Notes under the pieces: generated by a model
The model's database searches: none
What the model saw: the letters and a program-made list of their open reading frames with translations, nothing else
What the model was told of the DNA's origin: nothing
Part shown: piece by piece, positions 34,401-47,205 of the stretch
How the letters are laid out: the number at the start of each line of letters is the position of its first letter
How positions within the stretch are numbered: the stretch's first letter is position 1
Position numbers and translations under genes: made by a program
NCBI GenBank assembly: GCA_028826165.1
Contig: JAPDFW010000070.1
Span: 806,001-870,000, forward strand
Length of the DNA stretch: 64,000 nt
Source of the DNA: Anaeramoeba ignava BMAN
Lineage: Eukaryota > Protista > Anaeramoebae
Direction of reading: 5' to 3'

Positions 34401-36828
34401 AAAACAATTTATTAAACAATTTATAAAATAATTTATTAAATAATTTATTAAATAATTTATACAAAAATTTAAACAAAAATTTATAAAACAATTTATAAAT
34501 AATTTATTAAACAATTTATTAAACAATTTATAAAACAATTTATTAAACAATTTATAAAACAATTTATAAAATAATTTATTAAATAATTTATAAATCAATT
34601 TATAAAACAATTTATAAATAATTTATAAATCAATTTATAAATCAATTTATAAAAACAATTTATTAAAATAATTTATTAATAATTTATAAAATAATTTAAA
34701 ACAATTTATAAAACAATTTATAAAACAATTTTTAAAATTTATTAAACAATTTATTAAACAATTTATTAAACAATTTATTAAATAATTTATAAATCAAATT
34801 ATTAAATAATTTATTAAATCAATTTATTAAATAATTTATAAAATAATTTATAAATCAATTTATAAAACAATTTATTAAACAATTTATAAACAATTTATAA
34901 AAACAATTTATTAAATAATTTATAAAACAATTTATTAAACAATTTATTAAATTAAAAAATTTAAACAAAAATTTATAAAACAATTTATTAAACAATTTAT
35001 AAATCAATTTATTAAATTTATAATTTATTAAACAATTTATAAAATAATTTATTAAATAATTTATTAATCAATTTATAAAATAATTTATTAAATAATTTAT
35101 TAAATAATTTATAAAACAATTTATAAATCAATTTATAAAACAATTTATAAAACAATTTATAAAACAATTTATAAATCAATTTATAAAACAATTTATTCAA
35201 ATAATTTATTAAATAATTTATTAAATATCTAGTTTGAATCTTGTTGGATTCTTACAAATATTGCTAGTGGATCAAATGATCAAACTCAATTTTTGGTGAG
35301 TTTGAATGTAATTGATCCCCTTCTTCAATTATTAATATCTCCAAAAGATAATATTCGTGAACAAGTATATTTTGAAAACAAAAATTATATAATTAAAAAT
35401 TATAATTAAAATTTAAAAAAAATTAGGCAATTTGGGCATTAGGGAATATTGCTGGTGATAATATAAATAATAGAGATCAAATTTTGAATAAAGGAATAAT
35501 AGATTATATAATTGATTTAATTAAAAGAGCAAAAAATATTGAAGTTATTCGAAATTGCACTTGGTGTTATGCTAATTTATGTCGAGGAAAACCAAATCCA
35601 AATTTTGAAATTGTATTAAAAATTAAAATTAAAATTAAAATTAAAATTAAAATTAAAAATAAAAATTAAAATTAAAAATTAAAATTAAAATTAAAATTAA
35701 AATTATAAGGTAATGCCAATGCTTCCAATAATTGCACCTTTTATTACTTGCAATTCTGAAGAAGTTATTGCAGATATTTGTTGGGCTATTTCCTATTTAA
35801 CAGATGCAACACAAAAGGAAATACAAACAATTCTAGATTTAGATATTCATCAACATTTTATTCCTCTTTTATTGTAATTTGGAATTTAAAATATTTATTT
35901 ATTATTTAAAATATTTATTTATTATTTAAAATATTTATTCATTTATTTAAAATATTTATTTTTAGAAATCCAAATCCAAAAATATCAACTCCTGCTTTAA
36001 GAATTGTTGGAAATATTGTAACAGGAAGTGATGAACAAACACAAGCAATAATTGAATGCAATGCAATTCAATATTTAGGAAAACTTTTAAATTCTTCAAG
36101 ATTTTCAATTCGGTAAAAAATTAAAATTCAAATTCATTTAAAAAATTAAAATTAAAATTCAAATTCATTTATAAAATTAAAATTCAAATTAAAATTAAAT
36201 TAAAATTAAAATTAAAATTCATTTATAAAATTAAAATTAAAATTCAAATTCATTTATAAAATTAAAATTAAAATTTATATCAATTAGAAAAGAAGCTTGT
36301 TGGGCTATTTCAAATATTGCAGCGGGAAATTATCCCCAAGCAAAAGAAGTTGTTGATTCAGGAGTACTTCCGCAAATAATAAACTTATGTGATCAAGATC
36401 AATACGATGTCAAAAAAGAAACAACATGGATCATTTCTAATATAATTTATATTGGAGGAGATGAAGAAATGGAAAATTTAATTAATATTGGTTGCATCCC
36501 ACCTTTATGCAATATTCTTGATTATGATGACACAAAAATACTCTCAATATCTTTAGAAGCACTTGAAAAATTGTTAAAATTTGGAGAAAAAAAAAGTTCT
36601 CAAACTGGAGAAAATTATAATTTAGTTGCTCTTCTTATTGAGCAAGCTAATGGTGCTTCTAAAATTGATAGATTACAAAGACATCCTAATGAAGATATTT
36701 ATCTTGTTGCTAGTTATATAATTCATAATTATTTTGCTGAACAAGATAATTTAGATGAAGTTGTTGATCCAAATTTAGAAAATCAAGATGTTCAAGATCG
36801 AGAAATTAAAAATTATTATGATCTTTAA
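31445..36828 (+). CDS. KPNA: Importin subunit alpha; exons ~31445-31648, 31745-31921, 35233-35364, 35427-35612, 35711-35873, 35966-36112, 36288-36828
   Basis: IBB domain (RRGKYKK...KSKREQEFMKRRN); ARM repeats RKLLSVEQNPPIQQVI, QFESCWILTNIASG, EQAIWALGNIAGD, NLCRGKP, PALRIVGNIVTGSDEQTQ and KEACWAISNIAAGN. Confidence 0.95.
31922..35232 (+). repeat. 3311-nt intron made almost wholly of a 12-bp minisatellite (ATTTATTAAACA/ATTTATAAAACA variants)
   Basis: GT at 31922 and AG at 35231-35232 join DFQ to FESCW in frame. Confidence 0.92.
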
Positions 36829-37052
36829 AAAAATAATAAATAATAAATAAAAATTCAAATTCAATTTAAAATTTAAAATTTAAAATTTAAAATTTTAAAT
36901 CAAAACTTTATTTAGTAAAAAAGAAAAAGAAAAAGAAAATCTAATTTTCTAAATAAAATTTTTTGTTCTTCTTTGTTCTTCTTTGTTCTCCTTTTTTTTA
37001 CTAAATTTTTTTTTTGATTGATAAAAGTAAAAAAATCAATTAATAATTTTTA

Positions 37053-37083
<31 letters not shown>

Positions 37084-37192
37084 TTGAGAATTTTGAATTT
37101 CATTTTGCTTTTAATTTTTTAACTTATTTGAACTGGCAAAAAAAAAAACAAAAAGCAAAAAGCAAAAAAAAAATATAAAATAAAAGCAAAAA

Positions 37193-40100
37193 TCATTTCT
37201 GATTGATAATACGAAGAAAATGAACACGACCAGTGTCATCTCCAACAATAATAATTTCTTCAATCTTAAAATCAATAGTGCATTTAATAGAAGAACAACA
37301 AACAAGTTCAGAATCAGCAGTAAATTGAGCAACAACGGTATTTCCAAGAATATCCCATAAAGTACCAACATTTTTAGAAATTGAGAACAATCTTTTCATT
37401 TGGGAAATATAACAAACACCGTTTATACCGATAGCATCTGGAACAGATAAAACGGAAGAACGTCTCAAATTGACGAAATTCCAAACTTCAATCTCGTTGT
37501 TATTTGCAGAAGAAACGACGATATGCTTATCATTAGAGGTGAAGCAGCAGCTTGTGATCCACGACTGTTGCGTGGGTATTTGGTGAAGAAGCTTGCCTGT
37601 TTCGGTTTCCCAGATAATGATTTTGTTGTCATCACCAACGGTCAATAATTGCTTTCCTCTTATTGATAAACTCAGACTCCTGACCCAGTCTGTGTGTGAG
37701 ATGAGCTGATTAATGATCTGGCCGTTGTGAAGATTCCACATTTTCACAATCGACTCATCTGCGCAACTGAATACTTGTGTTGAGTCCTCCATTACCTCTA
37801 AACCCCGCACTCGTACTTTGTGAATTTCTTTGAAACTGTTTCTTTTTTCAAAAGTTTCAAGTGACCAAACATCAATATTTCCTTGTGATCCTGAAACCAA
37901 ATATTTTTTATCCGGTGAAATGCTTAATGCTGTTATTTTATCGGTTTTGTTTGTTAGTTCTGCAATGATTCGTAGTGTTTCGCTTTGCCATATTTTGATT
38001 TTTCCATCTTGTGAAGATGTTGCGAAAATTGATCCATCTCGTGATGAACAAAGTATTTCTACTCGCATTGTGTGTCCTCGCGAGTTTTGTGGTGATGGTG
38101 TTTTTTGGATAAGTGATGTTGTTGTTAAATGGGATATTTGACTTGTTGTTATTGTTGTCGATGATGTTTTTTGTTGCGGAGTCTAAATTTAAATTAAAAT
38201 TAAAATTCAATTTAAAATTAAAAATAAGATTAAAATTAATAAGAAAATTAAAATTAAAATTAAAATTAAAATTAAAATTAAAATTAAAATTAAAATTAAA
38301 ATTAAAATTAAAATTAAAATTAAAATTAAAATTTAAATTAAAATTAAAATTAAAATTAAAATTAAAATTAAAATTAAAATTAAATTTAAATTAAAATTAA
38401 AATTAAAATTAAAATTAAATTTAAAATTAAAATTAAAATTAAAATTAAAATTAAAATTAAAATTAAAATTAAAATTAAAATTAAAATTAAAATTAAAATT
38501 AAAATTAAAATTAAAATTAAAATTAAAATTAAAATTAAAATTAAAATTAAAATTTAAAATTAAAATTAAAATTAAAATTAAAATTAAAATTAAAATTAAA
38601 TTAAATTTAAAATTAAATTTTGATTTACATTTTCATTTTCATTCAATTTATCATCTGGATTTTCATTTGATATATTTAATGTAATATTTTTATTTCGATC
38701 TTTAGTTCGAGGAAGATGAAAAGATTTACTATTTTGAGGCAAAACAGAAGGTTTTACAAGTTTAGGAGAAGGAGATTGAACTTGAGGTAAAACTCTTTTA
38801 GTCTCACCATTTAAAGAATGGGAAAAGACACTAAAAATGAGAATCAAAGAATTATCAAGAGCACAAACAAGACGGGAATTATTAAGTGCAAAAAGAAGGG
38901 CGTTTGCATGAGCTGAGCCTATTTTTCTGACATCAGAAAGAACAGTACCATCACTAAGTCTCCATAATTTGACCTCACCGTCAAGAGAAGCTGAGGCGAC
39001 AAACAGACCATCGGAAGAAACATCGAGAGCACATATTGGGGCGGCGTGTTCTGAAAAGACGATGATGGGGGTTGTGGGGTCTTTAGAGGAAGTATCGAAG
39101 ACGCGGACAGTGCTGTCATCCGAACCTGTCAAAATGAACATTGAATCAAGACTTTCTCCAAAAATATTGAGAACATTAATAGGCATACTATGCGCGCGGA
39201 ATTGTCTTTCCTGACGCTGAGTCTTGATGTCCCAAGTAATAACCATGCCGTCCTCGCCTGCAGAAACGATGTAGGATTCAAAAACCATTTTGACAGCGTT
39301 GACAGGACCTTGATGTGCTTCGAATTTGTACTTTTGTTTTGCAAGAATAACGTTTGTGACAAGAACATTTGAATCATCAGAAACAGTTGTTGCAAGAGTG
39401 GCAGTTTTGTTTGTGGCAACACAGTTTATAAAGGAGTTATGGATTTTGATATTTTTATGGACAAGTTTGGTGCGCGTTGTCCACATCTTAAGAGTAAAAT
39501 CATTGGAAACTGAAACAGCCTTCTGGCCGTTAGTAGAAAGAGCGATGGATCTAACGGCAGCATTGTGGATTTTTGTGATTTTTCCAACGGCTTTTCCCTT
39601 TTCCAAATCGTAGAGCATAACACTGCCGTTTGCATCGCCTGAGACAATGAAACCCCGGGAATCAGAGTCGGCAGCAAGACAATAAACAGGCACAGGATGC
39701 TCCGAGACAATCTCATGAAGCACGCATATGCTAGACGGCTCCTGACCGTTTCTGAAGAAGTAATCAAATGTGTATCCCGAGCTGTCAGTCAAACTTGCTG
39801 TCAACGGACACATCCACACTGGATCGACCGAGTCTGTCCCTTCCTTCAAAAGCTCATGGACGCGCTTGTCGAGATAGCGGAGAAGAGATATGCGCGCAAA
39901 CAACTGGGTCAGAAGCTGCTTGTTATGCGAGGCCAGAGCATGTTTTGATCTCTCGAGTGCATCGAGCACAAACTTGGTTACTGTGTCCTTTTTGTCTGTC
40001 ACTTTCCGCTTAAAAATCCCGAACATCTGCCCGCATGTATAGTTCGACATCAACCATTTGTAGTCGAATAATGAGTCCTTTTGCGTCGGGCTCGTCGGCT

Positions 40101-43100
40101 TTATGTTCAATTTTGTCCGATACGGAAGTGTGTTTCGGAACCCGATTTTTCGCGCTAAATCTCTTGTCTCAACACAAACAACAATTCCAAACTTCGACAA
40201 CTTCTTCAGAAGCTCCTCGTCAAGACTCATCACTTGTGTTGCAAGAAGCATCTTTGAAATGTACTCATTTTCGAATTTGGATGTTGTGATGTCTTGGCAC
40301 TTCTCGAACGCCTCAAGTGCCTCCATAAGCGCTGTTTTGTTTTTCTTATTGACTTGAGTAGCATCAGCCCCGTTTTCGAGGAGAAGATCAGTGAACTTAA
40401 CAATATCATCGATGTTTCGGTCGCTTAGTTGTTTTGCAACAACATGTAATGGTGTGTCCAAACTCGACCAAATTCGTGCGTTGATATCTGTTTCCTTTTG
40501 AAGAAGTATTTTCGCGCCTTGGAAGTCAAGTTTCTTTGCGCAAAATAAAAGCGGTGTGATCTTCTCGTTGGAAATGTCCATTGATAATGTAGGCATTCCA
40601 TAGTCGTTGATGTTTACAAGTTGCACAAGTGATTCGAGAAGATCGTATTTTTTTTGTTCAAGAAAAATTAGTGCGTTTGAAGCAAATGATTGGTTTGTTG
40701 CTTGTTTATCTTCCGTTTTGATTCCGAATTTGATCAGTATTTTCAGTGACTCAATATCGTTCGCATTTACTGATTTGAGTATCCAAACTGTCTTGATATT
40801 TGTATCAAGTTCATATCCAATTTGATCGAAATAATTTAATATAAAATCAAATATTTTTGGATCTGCGAATGTGCAAAGAAATGATGCTAATTCTTGTGGT
40901 TTGCATCGATCAAATTCTTTTGATTTCGATAGATCATATCCTTTTTGTATTAAATCGTTTATTACTTTGTAGTTGTTTTGTTGAAGCATAAATAGAAATA
41001 TTCCAAATCGGGATTTGTTTTGAAGTGGATATAAATGTTCGATTTTGAAATCGTTTTGTTGCATTAATTTTGGGAATTGTTTCAATTCGATTTGCTATTT
41101 AGAATTTTATTTAAATTTTAATTAAATTAAATTAAATTAAATTAAATTGAATTGAATTGAATTTTGAATTGAATTTTATTTAAATTTTATTTGAATTTAA
41201 ATTAAATTTATTTGAATTTTATTTAAATTTTGAATTGAATTGAATTAAATATTAAATTAAATTAAATTGAATTAAATTAAATTAAATTAAATTGAATTGA
41301 ATTAAATTGAATTGAATTGAATTGAATTTTATTTGAATTTTATTTGAATTTTATTTGAATTTTGAATTAAATTTTAAATTGAATTAAATTAAATTAAGTT
41401 ATTTTTTTTACCTTAATTATATTCATTTTATTTTCAAGCCCTTGATTTAATTCTGAAACTAAATTAATTGCTAATATCCATCTTTCACTTTCTTCAACGA
41501 TATCAGTTGAAATTGAATAAGAATTTTTCCCACAAATAATTTCAATAATATTTTTAACAGTTTTTTTAGAAATTTCCGCTCTATTAATTTTTGTAATATT
41601 GGAAACCAAAATTTTTGCTGCAATTTTTCCTCGTCTATTATATGTTTCTTCATTCTTGTAAAATGTCAAATGTTGGTCTGTTAATACTGCAAATGATGAT
41701 TTCCAAGCTTTTCTACGTCCTGTTTTTCTATTCAAATTTCCTTTATATCTTGGTGCATCAATCATTCCCTTTTAAATTTAATTTTAATTTTGATTTTAAT
41801 TTTATAAATGAATTTTAATTTTATAAATGAATTTTAATTTTAATTTTAATTTTAATTTTGGTTTTAATTTTAATTTTTATTTTAATTTTAATTTTGATTT
41901 TAATTTTAATTTTGATTTTAATTTTGATTTTAATTTTAATTTTGATTTTAATTTTGATTTTAATTTTAATTTTAATTTTGATTTTAATTTTAATTTTGAT
42001 TTTAATTTTGATTTTGATTTTAATTTTAATTTTAATTTTAATTTTAATTTTAATTTTAATTTTGGTTTTAATTTTAATTTTGATTTTAATTTTAATTTTG
42101 ATTTTGATTTTAATTTTAATTTTAATTTTGATTTTAATTTTAATTTTAATTTTGATTTTGATTTTAATTTTAATTTTGATTTTGATTTTAAATTTAATTT
42201 TAATTTTAATTTTAATTTTAATTTTAATTTTAATTTTAATTTTAATTTTGATTTTAATTTTGATTTAATTTTAATTTTGATTTTGATTTTAATTTTGATT
42301 TTAATTTTAATTTTAATTTTTAATTTATAATTTGATTTTAATTTTAATTTGATTTTAAATTTAATTTTAATTTTAATTTTAATTTTGATTTTAATTTTAA
42401 TTTTAATTTTGATTTTAAATTTAATTTTGATTTTGATTTTAATTTTAATTTTGATTTTAATTTTAATTTTGATTTTTAATTTTAAATTAATTTTAATTTT
42501 AATTTTTGATTTTGATTTTAATTTAAATTTAATTTTTGATTTTAATTTTGATTTTGATTTTGATTTTGATTTTAATTTTAATTTTGATTTTGATTTTGAT
42601 TTTAATTTTAATTTTAATTTGATTTTGATTTTAATTTTAATTTTAATTTTAATTTTAATTTTGATTTTAATTTTAATTTTAATTTTAATTTTAATTTTAA
42701 TTTGATTTTAATTTTGATTTTAATTTTGATTTTAATTTTAATTTTTGATTTTGAATTTAATTTTAATTTTAATTTTGATTTTAATTTTGATTTTAATTTT
42801 GATTTTAATATTAATTTTAATTTTGATTTTAATTTTAATTTTGATTTTGATTTTAATTTTAAATTTGATTTTAATTTTGATTTTAATTTTAATTTTAATT
42901 TTGATTTTAATTTTGATTTTAATTTTAATTTTAATTTTGATTTTGATTTTAATTTTAATTTTAATTTTAATTTTAATTTTGATTTTGAATTGATTTTAAT
43001 TTTGATTTTAATTTTGATGATTTTAATTTTATTTTAATTTTGAATTTTAATTTTGATTTTAATTTTAATTTTAATTTTGATTTTAATTTTAATTTTAATT

Positions 43101-43710
43101 TTAATTTTGATTTTGATTTTAATTTTAATTTTAATTTTAATTTTGATTTTAATTTTAATTTTAATTTTAATTTTAATTTTGATTTTGATTTTAATTTTAA
43201 TTTTGATTTTAATTTTGATTTTGATTTTAATTTTAATTTTAATTTTAATTTTAATTTTAATTTTAATTTTGATTTTAATTTTAATTTTGATTTTGATTTT
43301 AATTTTAATTTCAATTTTGATTTTGATTTTGATTTTGATTTTAATTTTAAATTTAATTTTGATTTTAATTTTGATTTTAATAAAATTTTGCTTTTCCTTT
43401 TAATTTTAAATTGTTAAAAATAAAAGAATTTTTTTTTTTAAATAATAAAAAAATCAAGAAAATTGGAAAAAAAAAAAGAATAAAAAATAAAAATATAAAA
43501 ATAAAATACTTGTTGAAGAGATAAAATAAAAGGGAGAGCAGGAACCGAATTAACAAGCCAATTTCTAAACCAAAGTTCAATTGCAATAGGCTTTTCATCA
43601 TTCAAACTAACAAGAATTCCACCTCCATCTCTATAACCTTCACTTTCATTAACAAGAACATAACGAATAAATCCTTCTGCTATTACTTCACGTTCAATTT
43701 TTTGTGTCAT
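37193..43710 (-). CDS. PH + ankyrin repeats + NWD-type helical linker + two WD40 propellers; exons 43710-43510, 41768-41412, 41094-38629, 38182-37193
   Basis: PH (YKGNL...WKSSFAVL...LTFYK...ESERWILAI); ankyrin (TPLLFCAK, TPLHVVAK, TALMEA); many GH/WD-type repeats ending VGDDTGRVHFL. All four exons join in phase 0 at GT-AG. Confidence 0.85.
41769..43509 (-). repeat. 1.7-kb intron of (AAAATT/AAAATC)n hexamers on the sense strand
   Basis: Visible directly; bounded by GT/AG on the minus strand. Confidence 0.9.
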
Positions 43711-43934
43711 TGCTTTTTATTTATTTTTTCTGTTTATTTTCTTGTTTTCTTTATTTTTATTTCACAAAGTTTTTTTTGGTATTATTTTTAAATGTGGATT
43801 TAATATAAAAAAAAAACAAAACAAAAAAAAAATGATTTTTATTTTTTTAATTTTTTTATTTTTTATTATTTCAATAAAGCAAAAAAAAAATTCTTTTTTT
43901 ATTTAATCTAATTTTATAATCAAAAAAAAATAGA

Positions 43935-45485
43935 TTATTTTAAAATTATATTTTAAATAAATTTATAAATAAATTATTATTAAATTATTATTAAAATATA
44001 AATGAAATTGAAAATATTTTAATTTAAACAAAAAATTTAATAATATTAATTTAATATTTATTAATAAATTATTTTAAAATTATATTTTAAATAAATTTAT
44101 AAATAAATTATTATTAAATTATTATTAAAATATAAATTAAATTGAAAATATTTTATTTTAAACAAAAATTTAATTATATTTATTTATTATTTATTAATAG
44201 ATTATTTTAAAATTATATTTTAAATAAATTTATAAATAAATTATTATTAAATTATTATTAAAATATAAATGAAATTGAAAATATTTTATTTTAATCAAAA
44301 ATTTAATAATATTAATTTAATATTTATTAATAAATTATTTTAAAATTATATTTTAAATAAATTTATAAATAAATTATTATTAAATTATTATTAAAATATA
44401 AATGAAATTGAAAATATTTTAATTTAAACAAAAAATTTAATAATATTAATTTAATATTTATTAATAAATTATTTTAAAATTATATTTTAAATAAATTTAT
44501 AAATAAATCATTATTAAATTATTATTAAAAATATAAATGAAATTGAAAATATTTTATTTTAAACAAAAATTTAATAATATTTATTTAATATTTATTAATA
44601 AATTATTTTTAAAATTATATTTTAAATAAAATTATAAATAAATCATTATTAAATTATTATTATTAAAATATAAATGAAATTGAAAATATTTTAATTTTAA
44701 ACAAAAATTTAATTATATTAATTTAATATTTATTAATAAATTATTTTAAAATTATATTTTTAAAATTATATTTTAAATAAATTTATAAATAAATTATTAT
44801 TAAAATATAAATGAAATTGAAAATATTTTAATTTTAAACAAAAATTTAATAATATTAATTTAATATTTATTAATAGATTATTTTAAAATTATATTTTAAA
44901 TAAAATTATAAATAAATTATTATTAAATTATTATTAAAATATAAATTAAATTGAAAATATTTTATTTTAAACAAAAATTTAATTAAATTAATTTAATATT
45001 TATTAATAAATTATTTTAAAATTATATTTTAAATAAATTTATAAATAAATTTAAAATAAATTATTATTAAAATATAAATTAAATTGAAAATATTTTATTT
45101 TAAACAAAAATTTAATTATATTTATTTAATATTTATAAATAAATTATTTTAAAATTATATTTTAAATAAATTTATAAATAAATTATTATTAAATTATTAT
45201 TAAAATTTAAATTAAATTGAAAATATTTTATTTTAAACAAAAAATTTAATAATATTAATTTAATATTTATTAATAAATTATTTTAAAATTATATTTCAAA
45301 TAAATTTATAAGTAAATTATTATTAAATTATTATTAAAATATAAATGAAATTGAAAATATTTTAATTTAAACAAAAAATTTAATTAAATTAATCTAATAT
45401 TTATTAATAGATTATTTTAAAATTATATTTTAAATAAATTTATAAATAAATCATAATTAAATTATTATTAAAATATAAATGAAAT
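43935..45485. repeat. ~133-134-bp AT-rich tandem satellite, about 11-12 copies, between divergent genes
   Basis: Unit starts at 43935, 44069, 44202, 44335 and 44469, and continues to ~45485. Confidence 0.9.
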
Positions 45486-45604
45486 TGATATTTTTCCCTT
45501 TTTTTTTTATTTTTTTTTCATTTTTCATTTTTCATTTTTTTTTATTTTTTATAAGTTAAAAAAAATTTTTTTTTATTTATTAAATTTTTTTCTTTAAAAT
45601 ATAA

Positions 45605-47032
45605 ATGACAACAGATCAATTAATTCCATATGCCAATGTCAATTTAATTAGACCAGAAGAATATTCAGACATTGACAATTTGAAACTTGAATGGGGAAAT
45701 CAAGATAATTACGCAGTTCTACAAAAAATCGGACATGGAAAATATTCTGAAGTATTTCTCGCAATAGAAACGAACACTGAGAAAGAGTGTGTAATAAAAA
45801 TATTGAAACCAGTAGATAAAAGACGAATCAAACGGGAAATAAAGATACTCCAAAATTTGCATGGCGGTTCCAACATTATCCAGTTATATGATATAGTACG
45901 TGACCCAGTAAACTGGATTCCATCTCTAGTATTCGAGAGCGTTCAAAGCGTAGATTTCACTGTACTTTATCCAATGCTCGAGGAAAACGATGCCAAATTT
46001 TACATGTTTGAGCTCTTAAAAGCAATTGATTACGCACATTCAAACGGAATTATGCACAGAGATATCAAGCCTCAGAATATTGTGATCGACCACAATCTGC
46101 GCAAGTTGAGACTTATAGATTGGGGATTGGCAGATTTTTACTATCCAGGAAAAGATTATAACGTCCGCGTTGCTTCCCGTTATTTCAAGCCTCCTGAGCT
46201 TCTTCTTGGTTACCAGCGCTACGATTACTCCCTTGATATATGGTCCTTTGCTTGTGTTTTCGCGGGACTTATATTCCAACGCGAACCGTTTTTTCGCGGC
46301 AGAGATAATTTTGATCAAATGGCAAAAATTGCAAGAATTTTGGGAACTGATGATCTTTATGATTATCTTGAAAAATTTGATATTGATTTGAATCCTCAAC
46401 TTGAAGTCGCTATTGGTGTCCATTCTAAGAAAAAATGGTCCCGTTTCGTTAATCCTGATAATAGACATCTTGCTACTCTTGATGCTATTGATTTGTTGGA
46501 TCATTTGCTCGTTTATGACCATACTAAACGTTTATCTGCTAAATCTGCTATGAATCATTTTTATTTTAATTCTTTAAGACCTAAAATTGAAAATTTGGAT
46601 GAAAATGAAAATGAAATTAAAATTCAAAATGAAAATCAAAATGAAAATCAAAATAATGAAAATCAAAATGATGAAAATCAAAATAATCAAAATAATGAAA
46701 ATCAAAATGAAAATAATGAAAATCAAAATGAAAATGAAAATGAAAATTTTTCAGATTCAGAATTCACTGAAAATCTTGATTCAAAATGGGGAATCCCAGA
46801 AGAAACTCAAGATAATACTGAAACTTATTCAATTGATTCTCAATTTCAAGACCAAGAATTCTCAAATTCATTTTCATCTCTTCAAATAAATCAAAATCAA
46901 AATCAAAATCAAAATGAAATTCAAAATCAAAATCAAAATCAAAATCAAAATCAAAATCAAAATCAAAAATCTCATTCATCAAAAAAAGCAAAAATGAAAA
47001 CCATTTTTAAAAGATTGTTTGGTAAAAAATAA
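45605..47032 (+). CDS. CKA1: Casein kinase II alpha subunit with an N/Q/E-rich C-terminal extension
   Basis: [57 protein letters not shown] and YDYSLDIWS. Confidence 0.96.
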   Translation: MTTDQLIPYANVNLIRPEEYSDIDNLKLEWGNQDNYAVLQKIGHGKYSEVFLAIETNTEKECVIKILKPVDKRRIKREIKILQNLHGGSNIIQLYDIVRDPVNWIPSLVFESVQSVDFTVLYPMLEENDAKFYMFELLKAIDYAHSNGIMHRDIKPQNIVIDHNLRKLRLIDWGLADFYYPGKDYNVRVASRYFKPPELLLGYQRYDYSLDIWSFACVFAGLIFQREPFFRGRDNFDQMAKIARILGTDDLYDYLEKFDIDLNPQLEVAIGVHSKKKWSRFVNPDNRHLATLDAIDLLDHLLVYDHTKRLSAKSAMNHFYFNSLRPKIENLDENENEIKIQNENQNENQNNENQNDENQNNQNNENQNENNENQNENENENFSDSEFTENLDSKWGIPEETQDNTETYSIDSQFQDQEFSNSFSSLQINQNQNQNQNEIQNQNQNQNQNQNQNQKSHSSKKAKMKTIFKRLFGKK

Positions 47033-47205
47033 TTTAATATAAAAAAAAAAACATAATTTTTCTTTTCTTTTCTTTTTTTTTTTTCTTTGATTAATTTTAG
47101 AAAAACAAATTTAATCAAAATCTTTAAAGAAGAAAATAAAATTAAAATTAAAATTAAAATTTTATTTGATTTTATTATTTTTTGTTCAATTATTTCTTTG
47201 CAAAT

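Noticed and set aside
38919-40825. Cluster of short overlapping ORFs on both strands
   Set aside because: A by-product of locally higher GC within the real WD40/ankyrin exon.
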